Virus record (IMG/VR): IMGVR_UViG_3300023240_000018
Span: 6,086-70,085 of that record
Strand: one strand, 5' to 3'
From: a virus
DNA: 64,000 nt
The translations under genes were made by a program, and so were the position numbers. A model generated the notes under the pieces. It saw nothing but the letters and a program-made list of their open reading frames with translations. It had not been told where the DNA came from and made no database searches. This document shows, piece by piece, positions 48,172 through 57,613 of this stretch. Numbering within the stretch: position 1 is the first letter of the stretch; each line of letters begins with the position of its first letter.

Positions 48172-49928
48172 TATGATGGGATTCCTATGTTGAATTGAGT
48201 GGCCTTCTTTAGCGGTTGCCTCGCCGCATATTCTGCCGTTAATTGTCGATGCCTTTGCAATGCAAAGGAAGCGTCATCGATTGAAACTGTTGGTGGAGTG
48301 ACATATTTGGGACGACGGGAAATCCAATACTCCAAGCATTGACGCATGTCATCAACCTGGTTGTCGGCCGCCTCTTCCTTTGCCTCGCCGTCTGGAGTGG
48401 TCTTCCGGATGTTGGACTTGAGTTGCTTGACGAGATTTGGAACCCCTGGAATAACGCATCGCAACTGCGGTCTGCCACATGGGCGTTGTCGCATTGCGTG
48501 AATAACCTGCTTCGAGCGACGGGCAAAATCATCATCCCCGGCAATGAAGCCGAATCCCGTCTGCCGTGACTCTAGTCCGGCTGCCTTGAACGCCTTTGTG
48601 TACTGGTACGAAACAGTCTCAACGAAGCCCGGTGGCTTCTGCCGTCCCATGCGATTGTCGATAATGAATCGCTCAAAGTGGAAGTTCTTCTCGCGGAGCA
48701 TGATCGCCTTCGCCATATCCAGCGGTTGCATGCGACGGATAAACAACTCGGCGTAGGGAACGAAATATGGCTCGTCGTGATCCCACAATTCCGGTGGAGG
48801 GATAGCCCCTAGCAGGATTGCAGGCTTCTGCGTTCCCGGGTCAAGAATTAACTCCCGCGTCCAGTCCGCGGGTGGTGACCAGTTGTTCTTCTCGAGAACC
48901 GCCGTCAACTTGTCATTCATCGTCTCGTCGTGATACCGCACGGTGTGGTAATCAGCGTCGAAGTCCTGATAAATTGCAATGATTCGTGAGGACCGAACCC
49001 CGTAAATTCGCACCAGCGCGTCACGATCGCCAGCTTGTTCTTTGGCTAATTCTTTCTGGCGGTCAGGGATGAACGGCGAATCAAGATAGCTCAGGTGAAT
49101 CTTGGCACAGTGAAGTTCGTCGGCATCCCGCTCGCCCTTCTCGACTTCTTCTTCGCACGCCTCCATGCGGTCGATGACAGAGTTGAACACGTAGCATTCA
49201 TCCCTTGGGATCGTTGACCACATGATCATGCCTTCGTCATCGCGAAGCCGTGAGATCCATTCTTGGTAGTAATCTTTCGTGACGATATTCTCGTCGTTCC
49301 AAATAATATCGACCGGGTCGCCCTGCTTGACCTCAGCGGAAGACGCAAACGCATAGATTGTCGCACCATTTAACAATCGGATATTGCGAAACTCATGGTC
49401 GCCCTTGTGAGCCCAAGATGGTTCACGAGAAAAGGTCGATGGAGGAATGACTGGTGGAGCCCAACGCGTTTCATTCTTACGATCCCAGTCGTTGTCGTAC
49501 AGTTCCGGCTGCCACGCTCTCCACGCCCCAGTTACCTCGTCCTTAATGATTTTGAACAACCCCTTGGACGGTTCAGGATCAAACAGCAGCCGATAGAGAG
49601 TTTGCCCAATGTGCTTCAGGTGGTCACCAATCAGCCACGCATTGACCGTCTGCCCGCGTAGTCGATCAGGGCGGCAGTAGATTTTCTCACCAGACCGGCA
49701 CGTGACGGGAACGTCGCGAAGGAACGAAGCAAAGAAAACGGCTGCGAGAACTGACTTGCCAGCACGGTTACCAGCAACAATCAGGACTTCAAAGACGTGC
49801 TCTAAGCTCATCCGCTTGAGTGCGGCTTCCTGCATTTCAGTCGGCCGGAACAGGCGAAGCCCGTCCATGTCGTGATCATTAAGCGCTGCGGCGGCCAGCA
49901 TCAGTGAGCGGGTATCAAGCGGAGGCAT
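48171..49928 (-). CDS. terL: terminase large subunit
   Basis: AGNRAGKS Walker A, QG..VDIIWNDE Walker B, ILDPG and DDMRQCLEY nuclease motifs. Confidence 0.9.
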   Translation of the reverse strand: MPPLDTRSLMLAAAALNDHDMDGLRLFRPTEMQEAALKRMSLEHVFEVLIVAGNRAGKSVLAAVFFASFLRDVPVTCRSGEKIYCRPDRLRGQTVNAWLIGDHLKHIGQTLYRLLFDPEPSKGLFKIIKDEVTGAWRAWQPELYDNDWDRKNETRWAPPVIPPSTFSREPSWAHKGDHEFRNIRLLNGATIYAFASSAEVKQGDPVDIIWNDENIVTKDYYQEWISRLRDDEGMIMWSTIPRDECYVFNSVIDRMEACEEEVEKGERDADELHCAKIHLSYLDSPFIPDRQKELAKEQAGDRDALVRIYGVRSSRIIAIYQDFDADYHTVRYHDETMNDKLTAVLEKNNWSPPADWTRELILDPGTQKPAILLGAIPPPELWDHDEPYFVPYAELFIRRMQPLDMAKAIMLREKNFHFERFIIDNRMGRQKPPGFVETVSYQYTKAFKAAGLESRQTGFGFIAGDDDFARRSKQVIHAMRQRPCGRPQLRCVIPGVPNLVKQLKSNIRKTTPDGEAKEEAADNQVDDMRQCLEYWISRRPKYVTPPTVSIDDASFALQRHRQLTAEYAARQPLKKATQFNIGIPS

Positions 49929-50556
49929 GTACTGTCATCTCCTTCTTGATCTGTTCGGCGACTTCTAAAACCTCAGCAATGAACGTTGGGCACCGTTCAA
50001 GGAACCCATGGATTAACTGCTTGCGTAGGCTAATGTCATCAGCTGAGTGCTCAATGGCTCCCTGCAACATTGTCGCACGGAGGTCTTCCGGCGTTGCATT
50101 GCCGAATGGATTAGCGCCCTTTAGATCCTCGTCATGAATTTTCTGGGCTTCCTGAAGCATTTTCAGGTAATGACCAATCGTCTTGAAGTCGACTGGCATC
50201 GCCGCAAGCTGCTCCATGGACAAGTCGTTGCGGTCCTTGGATGGATTCCGCATCTCCAGAATCACCTCAGCCATAACCTCCTGTGGAGACTGGCCGAGTA
50301 TTTCAAGAGCCTTCTGGACGCCAGTGACAATCTGAGGGTCAGCAGTTTTTCGCATCTCCACAAGCTGACTCGTGAAGTCGTTGCGAGCGTGCTCATCAGC
50401 AGAGATCGTAACCTCTTGACGCTTCATGACTTTGGGCGTGCAGGACTTGCACACTACGCTGTCGTCATTGAACTTCTTCGGCGGTTTCGGAACTCCACAT
50501 TCGACGCAGACAATGTCCTTGCCAAATTCTTGGGAGATTTGAGATTCCGAAACCAC
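49915..50556 (-). CDS. zinc-finger protein, candidate terminase small subunit
   Basis: CVEC...CKSC; immediately upstream of terL. Confidence 0.45.
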   Translation of the reverse strand: MVSESQISQEFGKDIVCVECGVPKPPKKFNDDSVVCKSCTPKVMKRQEVTISADEHARNDFTSQLVEMRKTADPQIVTGVQKALEILGQSPQEVMAEVILEMRNPSKDRNDLSMEQLAAMPVDFKTIGHYLKMLQEAQKIHDEDLKGANPFGNATPEDLRATMLQGAIEHSADDISLRKQLIHGFLERCPTFIAEVLEVAEQIKKEMTVHASA

Positions 50557-50719
50557 TGGAGACTTTCTTTACTTGCCTCCGCGTGTTCCCGGAGACAGGG
50601 TCTCTGGTTTAATCGGAGTGCCATTCGTTTTGGGTAACTGGCTGCTATTACTGTCTGCCATGACTGTACCTGAGCTTTGAGAAGTAGAGTGAATGGAAGC
50701 GACTTCTCGCCTCCGTCGG

Positions 50720-51238
50720 TTAACCACGTCCCTGACATTGCAGAAAGACGCGGAAGGTTCCGTTGTCAGCCAGCGAAGTTCCGTCTGCCATTGTGCGACC
50801 ATTAGAGGCAATAACATTCGTGGAGGTCTTGAACTTGCCTGATCCTGACGGGATCACATACTGGCCACTGATTGCGGCACTGACAATGACCTTGCATGGA
50901 CCCTCAATGAACAGTAGGAATGTATCCCCTGTTGCCACGTTGGCCGTGAGATCTGGGTCCACAACACCATCTGCAGAAACGCCATCGGCGGGAGAGCCGT
51001 CAACGTGCGTACCGTAGAGGTTTGCGTCGTAAATCGCGTTGACGCCGGGTGCCAGAGCAGATCCAGCGTTTTTGACAATGCGGGCAATTGAGAACATTCC
51101 CGTGTTGACTTTTGTCCCGCGAAGACCTGTGAGTGGGCTCGTGTCTTCAAGCCGGCACAGTTCACCGAGAATACGACCATTGGCCTCGTCGACAATGTTG
51201 ACTTGGCCACGAAGCATGCTTGTGATGAATTCGGACAT
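50720..51238 (-). CDS. capsid decoration/cement-like protein
   Basis: GVVD..L...VA.GD.F.L..EGP, directly after capsid gene. Confidence 0.6.
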   Translation of the reverse strand: MSEFITSMLRGQVNIVDEANGRILGELCRLEDTSPLTGLRGTKVNTGMFSIARIVKNAGSALAPGVNAIYDANLYGTHVDGSPADGVSADGVVDPDLTANVATGDTFLLFIEGPCKVIVSAAISGQYVIPSGSGKFKTSTNVIASNGRTMADGTSLADNGTFRVFLQCQGRG

Positions 51239-51354
51239 ATTTGAAATTCCTGTTTCCTACGAGGCTTTGAGCCAAAGCTGTGATCTATCACCACCTCAAG
51301 CTCGCGACAGTTTCCTGTGCGAGCGTGAGGATGACAAACGGAGAACTTGTCTGC

Positions 51355-52560
51355 TTATGCAATCTGACCGTTATAGTGAGCAAGTGATGCGAGTTTTGTC
51401 ACGAACTTCGGCTGAATCCGCAGGTTGCCGAATGTGCTTGAACGCATGATGTACGCGCCCATGGCGTCTTCCCAAGTTGGGCCGAACACGTCGATCATTG
51501 GTTTTTCGCCGCCGCCGTTCATGGTGCCGAGATTGAAGAACTCCATGTGGTTGGCGACGAAGCCATAACCGATACCGGAGGGGCAGCCGCTGTCGGACTT
51601 GAAACTGCAACCGTCGATCTGCAGTGTCTGATACTCAGGAAACCCGTGATTTCCAGTTGCGGTCTGTGCGATCCGGAAGCGATCACCAAAGTGGTTTTCC
51701 AATCCGGGATACAAGTCAGGAGCAATCAGGAACGCGATTCTCGCATCTGGGCCAATTCCGGTGCGGTTGTGTAGCACGTTCAGCGCTTCACGGACCACGT
51801 CTTCGTTGTTGTCAACCCAGAGGTTTGAGCCTGAACCCCATCTCTCCGCGTTGTAGTTCCACAAAACTGGACTCATCGCGTCATACTGGCTGTCGGCCTG
51901 ACCGTACGGGAAGTCGTTGTCCGCACCTTGACCCTGATTCATGCGACTGGTGGAAGCAATCTCCGCAGTGCTCGTGCCGCCGAAGTAGCCCAAGTCAGTG
52001 CTGTGACCGCCATAACTGTCAGACGGCAAGATGACCGCGTCGTCATTGTCGGCATCAGTTCCGCCACGGGCTGAGTTGTTGGCTCCAAGGCAGCTTTCGA
52101 AGCCCTGATACCCATCCTGATAGGCAGTTGTGTTGCCATCGCGATACAGGCCTTCCACGATGTTTTCACACATTGACTGGCCCATCTGCTTCAGTTTCAA
52201 CTCAAGCAGGTTGATCAGTTGGGTGCTTCCTTGGTTTCGCTTGTAGTCAAGTTCTTTCAGCGAGTCGTCATTTTCGTATCCACGAACATCGACCTGAAGC
52301 TCTTCCAAGCCGTTGTGATCGCCGAAAGTCTTGCGGGTCGTGTTCTGGAACGTCCGAACCTTGGGCTTACGAACCAAGATTTTCCAGACACATGAGATGA
52401 CTGAATCAGCATTGTACTCAACGTTGCCAAACTGCTCCATCATGTCAAGCAGGACATGATTCCGCATCGTGAGGTCTGAGTAGCCACTCATGAACAAAGG
52501 CGCGGCAGCGCGAACGTTCTGCAAAGCCGCCTGTGCGGTAACAGTCAGGAATCCAGGCAT
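51355..52560 (-). CDS. major capsid protein
   Basis: 401 aa; N.G..QLINLL..KL......M......LY.DG...GF.S pattern; follows scaffold-like gene. Confidence 0.8.
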   Translation of the reverse strand: MPGFLTVTAQAALQNVRAAAPLFMSGYSDLTMRNHVLLDMMEQFGNVEYNADSVISCVWKILVRKPKVRTFQNTTRKTFGDHNGLEELQVDVRGYENDDSLKELDYKRNQGSTQLINLLELKLKQMGQSMCENIVEGLYRDGNTTAYQDGYQGFESCLGANNSARGGTDADNDDAVILPSDSYGGHSTDLGYFGGTSTAEIASTSRMNQGQGADNDFPYGQADSQYDAMSPVLWNYNAERWGSGSNLWVDNNEDVVREALNVLHNRTGIGPDARIAFLIAPDLYPGLENHFGDRFRIAQTATGNHGFPEYQTLQIDGCSFKSDSGCPSGIGYGFVANHMEFFNLGTMNGGGEKPMIDVFGPTWEDAMGAYIMRSSTFGNLRIQPKFVTKLASLAHYNGQIA

Positions 52561-52594
52561 TATGACAATCCTTTATCAACGGGGAATGATCGCA

Positions 52595-53683
52595 TTACTG
52601 CGGCAGAGGGAGTTGGCCTGCTTGCTGCAGGGCCATAATTCGGTCTAGTCTTGGGGGTCCGCTTGGCGTTCTGCCCAGCTGGGGAGAACCATTCGGTTGC
52701 TGTGCTGGATGCTGCGACAACCAGTTGCCATTTGCCGGCTGGGCTGCAGCTTGCTGCATGAATGTCTGTGGCTGAGGTGCCGGCTGAGGTACCGGCTGAG
52801 TCTGCGAAACAACACCATTGACGGACAGGAGTTTCAACGTCTGATCGTGACGCTGAGACCGAGTCAGTGTTTTCCCCAAAAACTGAGCGTTGCTGTCGGC
52901 GACAGCCGCAAACTCATTGTACGACTTGGCATACGGCGTAAACTGCTGGCGATCACCACCAACAAATAATTGTGATTCGTTCTGGTTGACCCAATTGTCG
53001 ACCCGTGTGTCTTCTTTTTGCTGGCGATCAGCGGCCATTGTCGCCTTGAGTTCAGCAAGTTCCTTCTGAATCGGAGAAGCAAACTGCTGAAATGCCGTTT
53101 CGACATGTGGCGTAATATATTTGTCGGGAGAGTCGACTAACTGCTGAGCCTGCTGTTGCCGATACTGGTGAACCGAATTCGCCTCGTCCGCAAAATGCTT
53201 GAGATTAGGATCGTTTGCGACCCAAACCCCGCCAGCACCCTGTTTCAATAAGCCCTGAGATTGCAGGGCCTTGGCGGTATCGCTCAGTGCGGGGGCGGCA
53301 GGAGTCGGAATAGGAGCGGGAGCGACGATTCCAGCATCTGGATTGCTGGCAGACTTCTGTGCCTCCCATTCCGACGTGATCTTGTTGGCGTTGTCGATCT
53401 GGCTAGCGATCTGGTCCAGAAACGTCTTTCGGTCCATCCCGGATGGAATGTCATAGCCCAACTGGCGAAACTCCGCAACAACTGCATCCTCAACGGGAGC
53501 GGTGGCAGGAACGGGAGCAACTGGGGCGGGGGCAGGAGCAAACTGCTGCTGAGTCGCGTCGACTACAGGTGCGGGCGCGACAGGCGAGACGCCATCACCG
53601 AATGGGGCATCTGCCGTCGGTTGACTCGCCATCACACTTGTGAGGCTGGGAGCGCTTAGTGGTGTGCCGTTGTTTGGTTCCAT
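52595..53683 (-). CDS. capsid scaffolding-like protein
   Basis: Pro/Ala/Gln-rich, coiled, directly upstream of capsid gene. Confidence 0.65.
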   Translation of the reverse strand: MEPNNGTPLSAPSLTSVMASQPTADAPFGDGVSPVAPAPVVDATQQQFAPAPAPVAPVPATAPVEDAVVAEFRQLGYDIPSGMDRKTFLDQIASQIDNANKITSEWEAQKSASNPDAGIVAPAPIPTPAAPALSDTAKALQSQGLLKQGAGGVWVANDPNLKHFADEANSVHQYRQQQAQQLVDSPDKYITPHVETAFQQFASPIQKELAELKATMAADRQQKEDTRVDNWVNQNESQLFVGGDRQQFTPYAKSYNEFAAVADSNAQFLGKTLTRSQRHDQTLKLLSVNGVVSQTQPVPQPAPQPQTFMQQAAAQPANGNWLSQHPAQQPNGSPQLGRTPSGPPRLDRIMALQQAGQLPLPQ

Positions 53684-53813
53684 GAACTAAACGTTAGCGA
53701 CGACACAACAACCTGAAATACTAGAGTGCAGAGAATGAATCACAACCGCATAAGAGTTGCAAATGCAATCAATGTTCAGTTACGATGCGGAGTAGTTCAA
53801 ATAAGGAGAACCA

Positions 53814-53999
53814 ATGACTGACGAAAAGCTACTGACGATCAAAGAAGTTCGATACATGCTCAAAAAACGTGGGTGCGAAAAAACAACAGCCACGATCACA
53901 CGGTGGTGCCATAGCAAGACGTTTGTAAACGCGAGGCAGGTTGGCCACATCTGGTACATCCCGACAATTGACGTAGAGAAGGTGATCAACGGAGTCTGA
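53814..53999 (+). CDS. excisionase/MerR-like HTH (possible recombination directionality factor)
   Basis: AGGAG RBS; LLTIKEV.......TITRWC......A.QVG..W.IP..DV. Confidence 0.8.
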   Translation: MTDEKLLTIKEVRYMLKKRGCEKTTATITRWCHSKTFVNARQVGHIWYIPTIDVEKVINGV

Positions 54000-54001
54000 G
54001 G

Positions 54002-55459
54002 CTACGACGACATCACATCTTCAAGGAATTCCATGTCCCGCCGCGCGTTCTTCACTGCAATGTAGGACCACTCGCGGTCGATGTACCCGTCCTTGTCCTT
54101 CGGACGAGTCTTGAACCACTTTTTCAGGGCTTTCCTTTCAATGGCCGTGTGCCTCGCCTTGTTGTTCTTGATCCACGCACACGAATTAAATCGCGTTGCG
54201 GGAACAACTGGCCGGCCCAACCTAGCGGCGATCCTCTCCTCCATGAAATCCGCAACTTCGGTGATCTTCATTCCTTTGACATCCAGCAGTTCCCGGACCT
54301 CACGGAACTGTTCGACCTTTATCAGATTTGGGTGGCACGTCCATCCATTTTCATTGTAGACAACATCCATCCATTTCGGGACGAACTTGTCGGTGAACCA
54401 TTTCCCGCGCAGTGATCTAAGGTGACTCATCGCCATTTTCGTTCGCCAACTAATATCGCGAGACTCCCACGCCGCCATCATTGACAGGATTTCAATGCTC
54501 TGCCGGCCCATTGGTGTTCGCGTGTCCAATCCACAGCCCGTGACTATGTGAATGTCTCGTTCAAGCAGAGACTTTATCGTGTTCGCCATGTCATGGACTG
54601 AGCGGAATATTCGGTCGAGTCGCGAGACGCAAACGCAGTCGTACGGTTGCAGCTGATCGTACATCTGCTTGCCAAGCGGCCGGTCCTTCCAATCAACGGA
54701 GAACGCCGACACCCCATGATCAGAGAACAGGTCGGGGATTCGCTGATACCCAATCGCCACCATTCGGTCGATTGTTGCCTGAACCGTTGGTATTTGAGAC
54801 GCGACGCTTTGGCCCCCAGTCGAGACGCGAGTGTAGCCCCACGCTCGACCGCATTTTTTCGGCAGCCCGTAGTCGAACGTGATGTTCGCGTCTCTAACCA
54901 GTGCGGCCAGCTTGGGGTTATTCGCCTGCAGTATTTTGGTTTTCGGCTGAGTAAGAAAACCGGCACTCTTCGCAGCAGCGACAGCCTTCCCTTCCCTGAC
55001 CCTCGCTGAAATCACGTCGCTCTTGAACTGCGCGAACGACGCGCACATGTTCGCCATCAGTTTGCCGGTTGGAGTTCGCATGTCGAACTGGTCGCGAACA
55101 AAGATTGGATTGATCTTGGCGGACTGGAACGACTTGCACATCCCGCTGAAGTCATGAACAGAACGGAACATTCTATCAATCGACAGACAAATGAAACTGT
55201 CTCCCGGTTTCATCGCCATCCACATCTTCTTGAAGCCCGGTCGCTCCATCGCAGGAATTTTCCACGCAGAGACACCCGGGTCAGCGAACACGCCGGGGTT
55301 GCGGTAGTTCGACTTCCTGCCGAGTTTGAGACCGTGAGTGGCTGCGTACTCACGGCAAGCCTTTGCTTGAGTGATAAGTGAGTCGCCTTCGCAGGCCTGC
55401 TCTTTCGTGGAAACGCGGACGTAGATGTATGTGACCATCAGGCTGGAGTTTTTTAACAT
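54002..55459 (-). CDS. serine recombinase with two tandem resolvase catalytic domains
   Basis: Domain 1 YVRVST...D.GVSA...RPG...IDRMFRS...TPTGKLM; domain 2 YTRVST...D.GVSA...RP.G...LDRIFRS...TPMGR. Confidence 0.9.
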   Translation of the reverse strand: MLKNSSLMVTYIYVRVSTKEQACEGDSLITQAKACREYAATHGLKLGRKSNYRNPGVFADPGVSAWKIPAMERPGFKKMWMAMKPGDSFICLSIDRMFRSVHDFSGMCKSFQSAKINPIFVRDQFDMRTPTGKLMANMCASFAQFKSDVISARVREGKAVAAAKSAGFLTQPKTKILQANNPKLAALVRDANITFDYGLPKKCGRAWGYTRVSTGGQSVASQIPTVQATIDRMVAIGYQRIPDLFSDHGVSAFSVDWKDRPLGKQMYDQLQPYDCVCVSRLDRIFRSVHDMANTIKSLLERDIHIVTGCGLDTRTPMGRQSIEILSMMAAWESRDISWRTKMAMSHLRSLRGKWFTDKFVPKWMDVVYNENGWTCHPNLIKVEQFREVRELLDVKGMKITEVADFMEERIAARLGRPVVPATRFNSCAWIKNNKARHTAIERKALKKWFKTRPKDKDGYIDREWSYIAVKNARRDMEFLEDVMSS

Positions 55460-56190
55460 CAGGCGATCTCCTGAATTTTATCGCCCGCAGCTTTCAGGAT
55501 GTCGCGAATTTGATCACTGTACAGTTGCAGTGATTTCGGGATTTCGAAAAACCCAACCTGGTCGGCGAGGTCATTTATTTGAATTTGTAGCTTTCTTTTC
55601 GCCATTGACTTAGCAAATTTACCCGTGTGGCCAGCGACAATCCGCCCTTCGTTTTTCGCTGCTCTAAATTCGTCGGCAGTGACCTGCTCATCTGCCAGAC
55701 GGTCTGCCGCCAACTCGTCAGCGATGGCCTGATCATACGCCAGTTGCTGGCGATCCTCCTCGATCCGCAGACGTTCAACCGCCCGCTCTTCATCGATTTC
55801 GAGCTGCTCGAACTGCTGCGCAACACGTAGCGCTTCGCGCTCAGCCTCCAGTTGCTTTCGCTCCTCTTCGAGCCGCAGACGCTCAGCCGCAAGCCCCTGA
55901 AAGTACTCTTCGAAATAGGCATCGCTCATCAGCGACACCAGCTGCGTTTCCACTCGACACGAAGCCGCGTTGAGCCGGTTGAATCGTGCCTGCATCTTGG
56001 CGGCCTTTGCCACCTCGGCCAACCGTAGCTCTTGCTTATCAATCACTCCCAGCCACGAATCAATCGTCAATAACTCCTGACGTCGGAAAAACGAATCTGG
56101 CGACCGCAGCAACCACGATTTTTCGAGCAGCAACTTTTCATGCTCGTTTGCGACATGCTCACGCTCAGTCTTTATTTCTTCAGCATTCAT
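55459..56190 (-). CDS. coiled-coil hypothetical protein
   Basis: GGAG RBS; E/R-rich heptads; ends resemble neighbour. Confidence 0.7.
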   Translation of the reverse strand: MNAEEIKTEREHVANEHEKLLLEKSWLLRSPDSFFRRQELLTIDSWLGVIDKQELRLAEVAKAAKMQARFNRLNAASCRVETQLVSLMSDAYFEEYFQGLAAERLRLEEERKQLEAEREALRVAQQFEQLEIDEERAVERLRIEEDRQQLAYDQAIADELAADRLADEQVTADEFRAAKNEGRIVAGHTGKFAKSMAKRKLQIQINDLADQVGFFEIPKSLQLYSDQIRDILKAAGDKIQEIA

Positions 56191-56238
56191 TTCATCATCT
56201 CCAGTAGTAGAATTTGATCAGGTCAGCTCGGTTTGCCA

Positions 56239-56613
56239 TCAGATCAGGTCCGCAATCTTGCCAGCGGCCTCATCAAGTATCCGTCCGACCTCGCTGTCGT
56301 AGCCCTTAATCGACTGGAAGCCCTCAATCGATTGGTCTCCCGACAGTGTTGCAACTTTGTCCGCGAATAATCTTAAGGCCTCGCGTGCATCTGACGAGCG
56401 GCGAGTCGTAACCTGCAATGAATCGCGGAACTTTCGCTCCTCTTCATCAAGCAGGTCGATCCTGGCCCGGATCGCCAGAGCATTGTCTTTAGCCTCGATC
56501 ACCTGCACTTGGAGCGACACTTGCGACAGCAGATTAGACTCTAGGTCCAGTTGTGCTTGCCTCTGTTCGAGTCCGATTCTCTTAGATTCGGCCCGTATTT
56601 CCTCATTGTTCAT
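56239..56613 (-). CDS. coiled-coil hypothetical protein, likely paralog of 55459-56190
   Basis: MNNEEIRAE vs MNAEEIKTE; IL..A..KI.. Confidence 0.65.
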   Translation of the reverse strand: MNNEEIRAESKRIGLEQRQAQLDLESNLLSQVSLQVQVIEAKDNALAIRARIDLLDEEERKFRDSLQVTTRRSSDAREALRLFADKVATLSGDQSIEGFQSIKGYDSEVGRILDEAAGKIADLI

Positions 56614-56624
56614 TTCATCATCCC

Positions 56625-57035
56625 CTAGTAAATGGAAACACCCGAAAAGTTGTTCAGATTTTGCTGTTGGTTTTTTTTGTGGTGGCATTTCTCAATGCAC
56701 AGTATTTGCAGATGATCGGTTTCGCAGAATAGACGTTCACAAAATGCCGCGAACTCCGGCCACGTCTTCATCGGCCCGCATGGATGCAGGTGGTCCACCT
56801 GCACCTGTTTTCGCGGATACCATTCGCCGCATTCCGCGCACTGGAACTCCCACTTCAGTCGTTTGTTGCTGCTCTGACTCGGCCGCTTGGCTGCATCCAG
56901 TGCAAGCCTTGCTAGTGGAGGCCATCGCATTGACGCGCGACGAACATTAGACCGCAGGAATCCCCAGAACGCGGCCTCTGTCCATTCGCCGCCTGCTCTA
57001 GTCCGTGGCACTCGATTGGTCTTCGGTTTCCTCAT
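56625..57035 (-). CDS. HNH endonuclease
   Basis: QCAEC...VQVDH..PCG...LQILC..KCH.KK. Confidence 0.85.
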   Translation of the reverse strand: MRKPKTNRVPRTRAGGEWTEAAFWGFLRSNVRRASMRWPPLARLALDAAKRPSQSSNKRLKWEFQCAECGEWYPRKQVQVDHLHPCGPMKTWPEFAAFCERLFCETDHLQILCIEKCHHKKNQQQNLNNFSGVSIY

Positions 57036-57269
57036 CGTCTATTCCCGTGACTTTATAAAAAAAATTGGCGGCCTCTCACCGCCCCGAGCGTTGTTTGTCC
57101 TGATGGGCCACACGCCTCCGCCCAACGTTTTCAGTTAGTCTAAAAAACAGGGCGACAAACTGCCGCCCCGTTCCGACCGGACCCGACCTAGGGATTCGTT
57201 CCCGGTGCCTCCTGCGCGTCGCTCACACATCCTGCGTTAACTATCTCGGTCTGCAGCTGCTTCTGTAAA

Positions 57270-57343
57270 TTGGTGGGGCAGGATTCGAACCTGCAACTTA
57301 CCGCTTAGAAGGCGGCTGCTCTATCCAATTGAACTACCCACCA
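57270..57343 (-). tRNA. tRNA-Arg(TCT), no encoded CCA
   Basis: TGGTGGG/CCCACCA acceptor, D-arm GTTCAATTGGATAGAGC, anticodon arm GCCGC-CTTCTAA-GCGGT, T-arm GCAGG-TTCGAAT-CCTGC. Confidence 0.92.
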
Positions 57344-57344
57344 T

Positions 57345-57475
57345 TCGATCGGGCAGGATTCGAACCTGCAACCAGTCACAAACCGGACGTCGAATCGTTT
57401 CCGGGATCTGGTATCTGAGCTGCTGAGTCGCTTACTCAGTACGGGATGTTGTTTTCCCATTCCCGCGTCCGATCG
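57345..57475 (-). ncRNA. expanded tRNA-like RNA (acceptor stem plus T-arm with non-canonical interior)
   Basis: CGATCGG/CCGATCG 7-bp stem, perfect T-arm, three internal hairpins. Confidence 0.6.
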
Positions 57476-57613
57476 CTCTGAGTTAATATCTCATATCAAT
57501 CTCCCTTGTTCTCTGGCCTGCACAGTCGGCCGTAATTCGAATTCGAGTTCTCAGGCTTGCGGAGTACGCAATCGTCGTTTGTGCTCTGTGTCGGGCCTGA
57601 TTCCTCTGGTGAC

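Noticed and set aside
2022-53659. Numerous + strand ORFs overlapping the - strand genes
   Set aside because: Antisense shadows of a densely coupled - strand gene set; only 53814-53999 and the 1-1990 cluster have RBS and non-overlapping support.
57161-57190. Second GGT-NN-like tract (ACC at 57176, 57181, 57186)
   Set aside because: Only three phased units and adjacent to a terminator-like hairpin; could be chance.
57276-57372. 22-nt duplication of tRNA T-arm as attL/attR prophage boundary
   Set aside because: Copies are only 75 nt apart with phage genes on both sides, and the only recombinase is serine-type; kept instead as a tRNA-like RNA.
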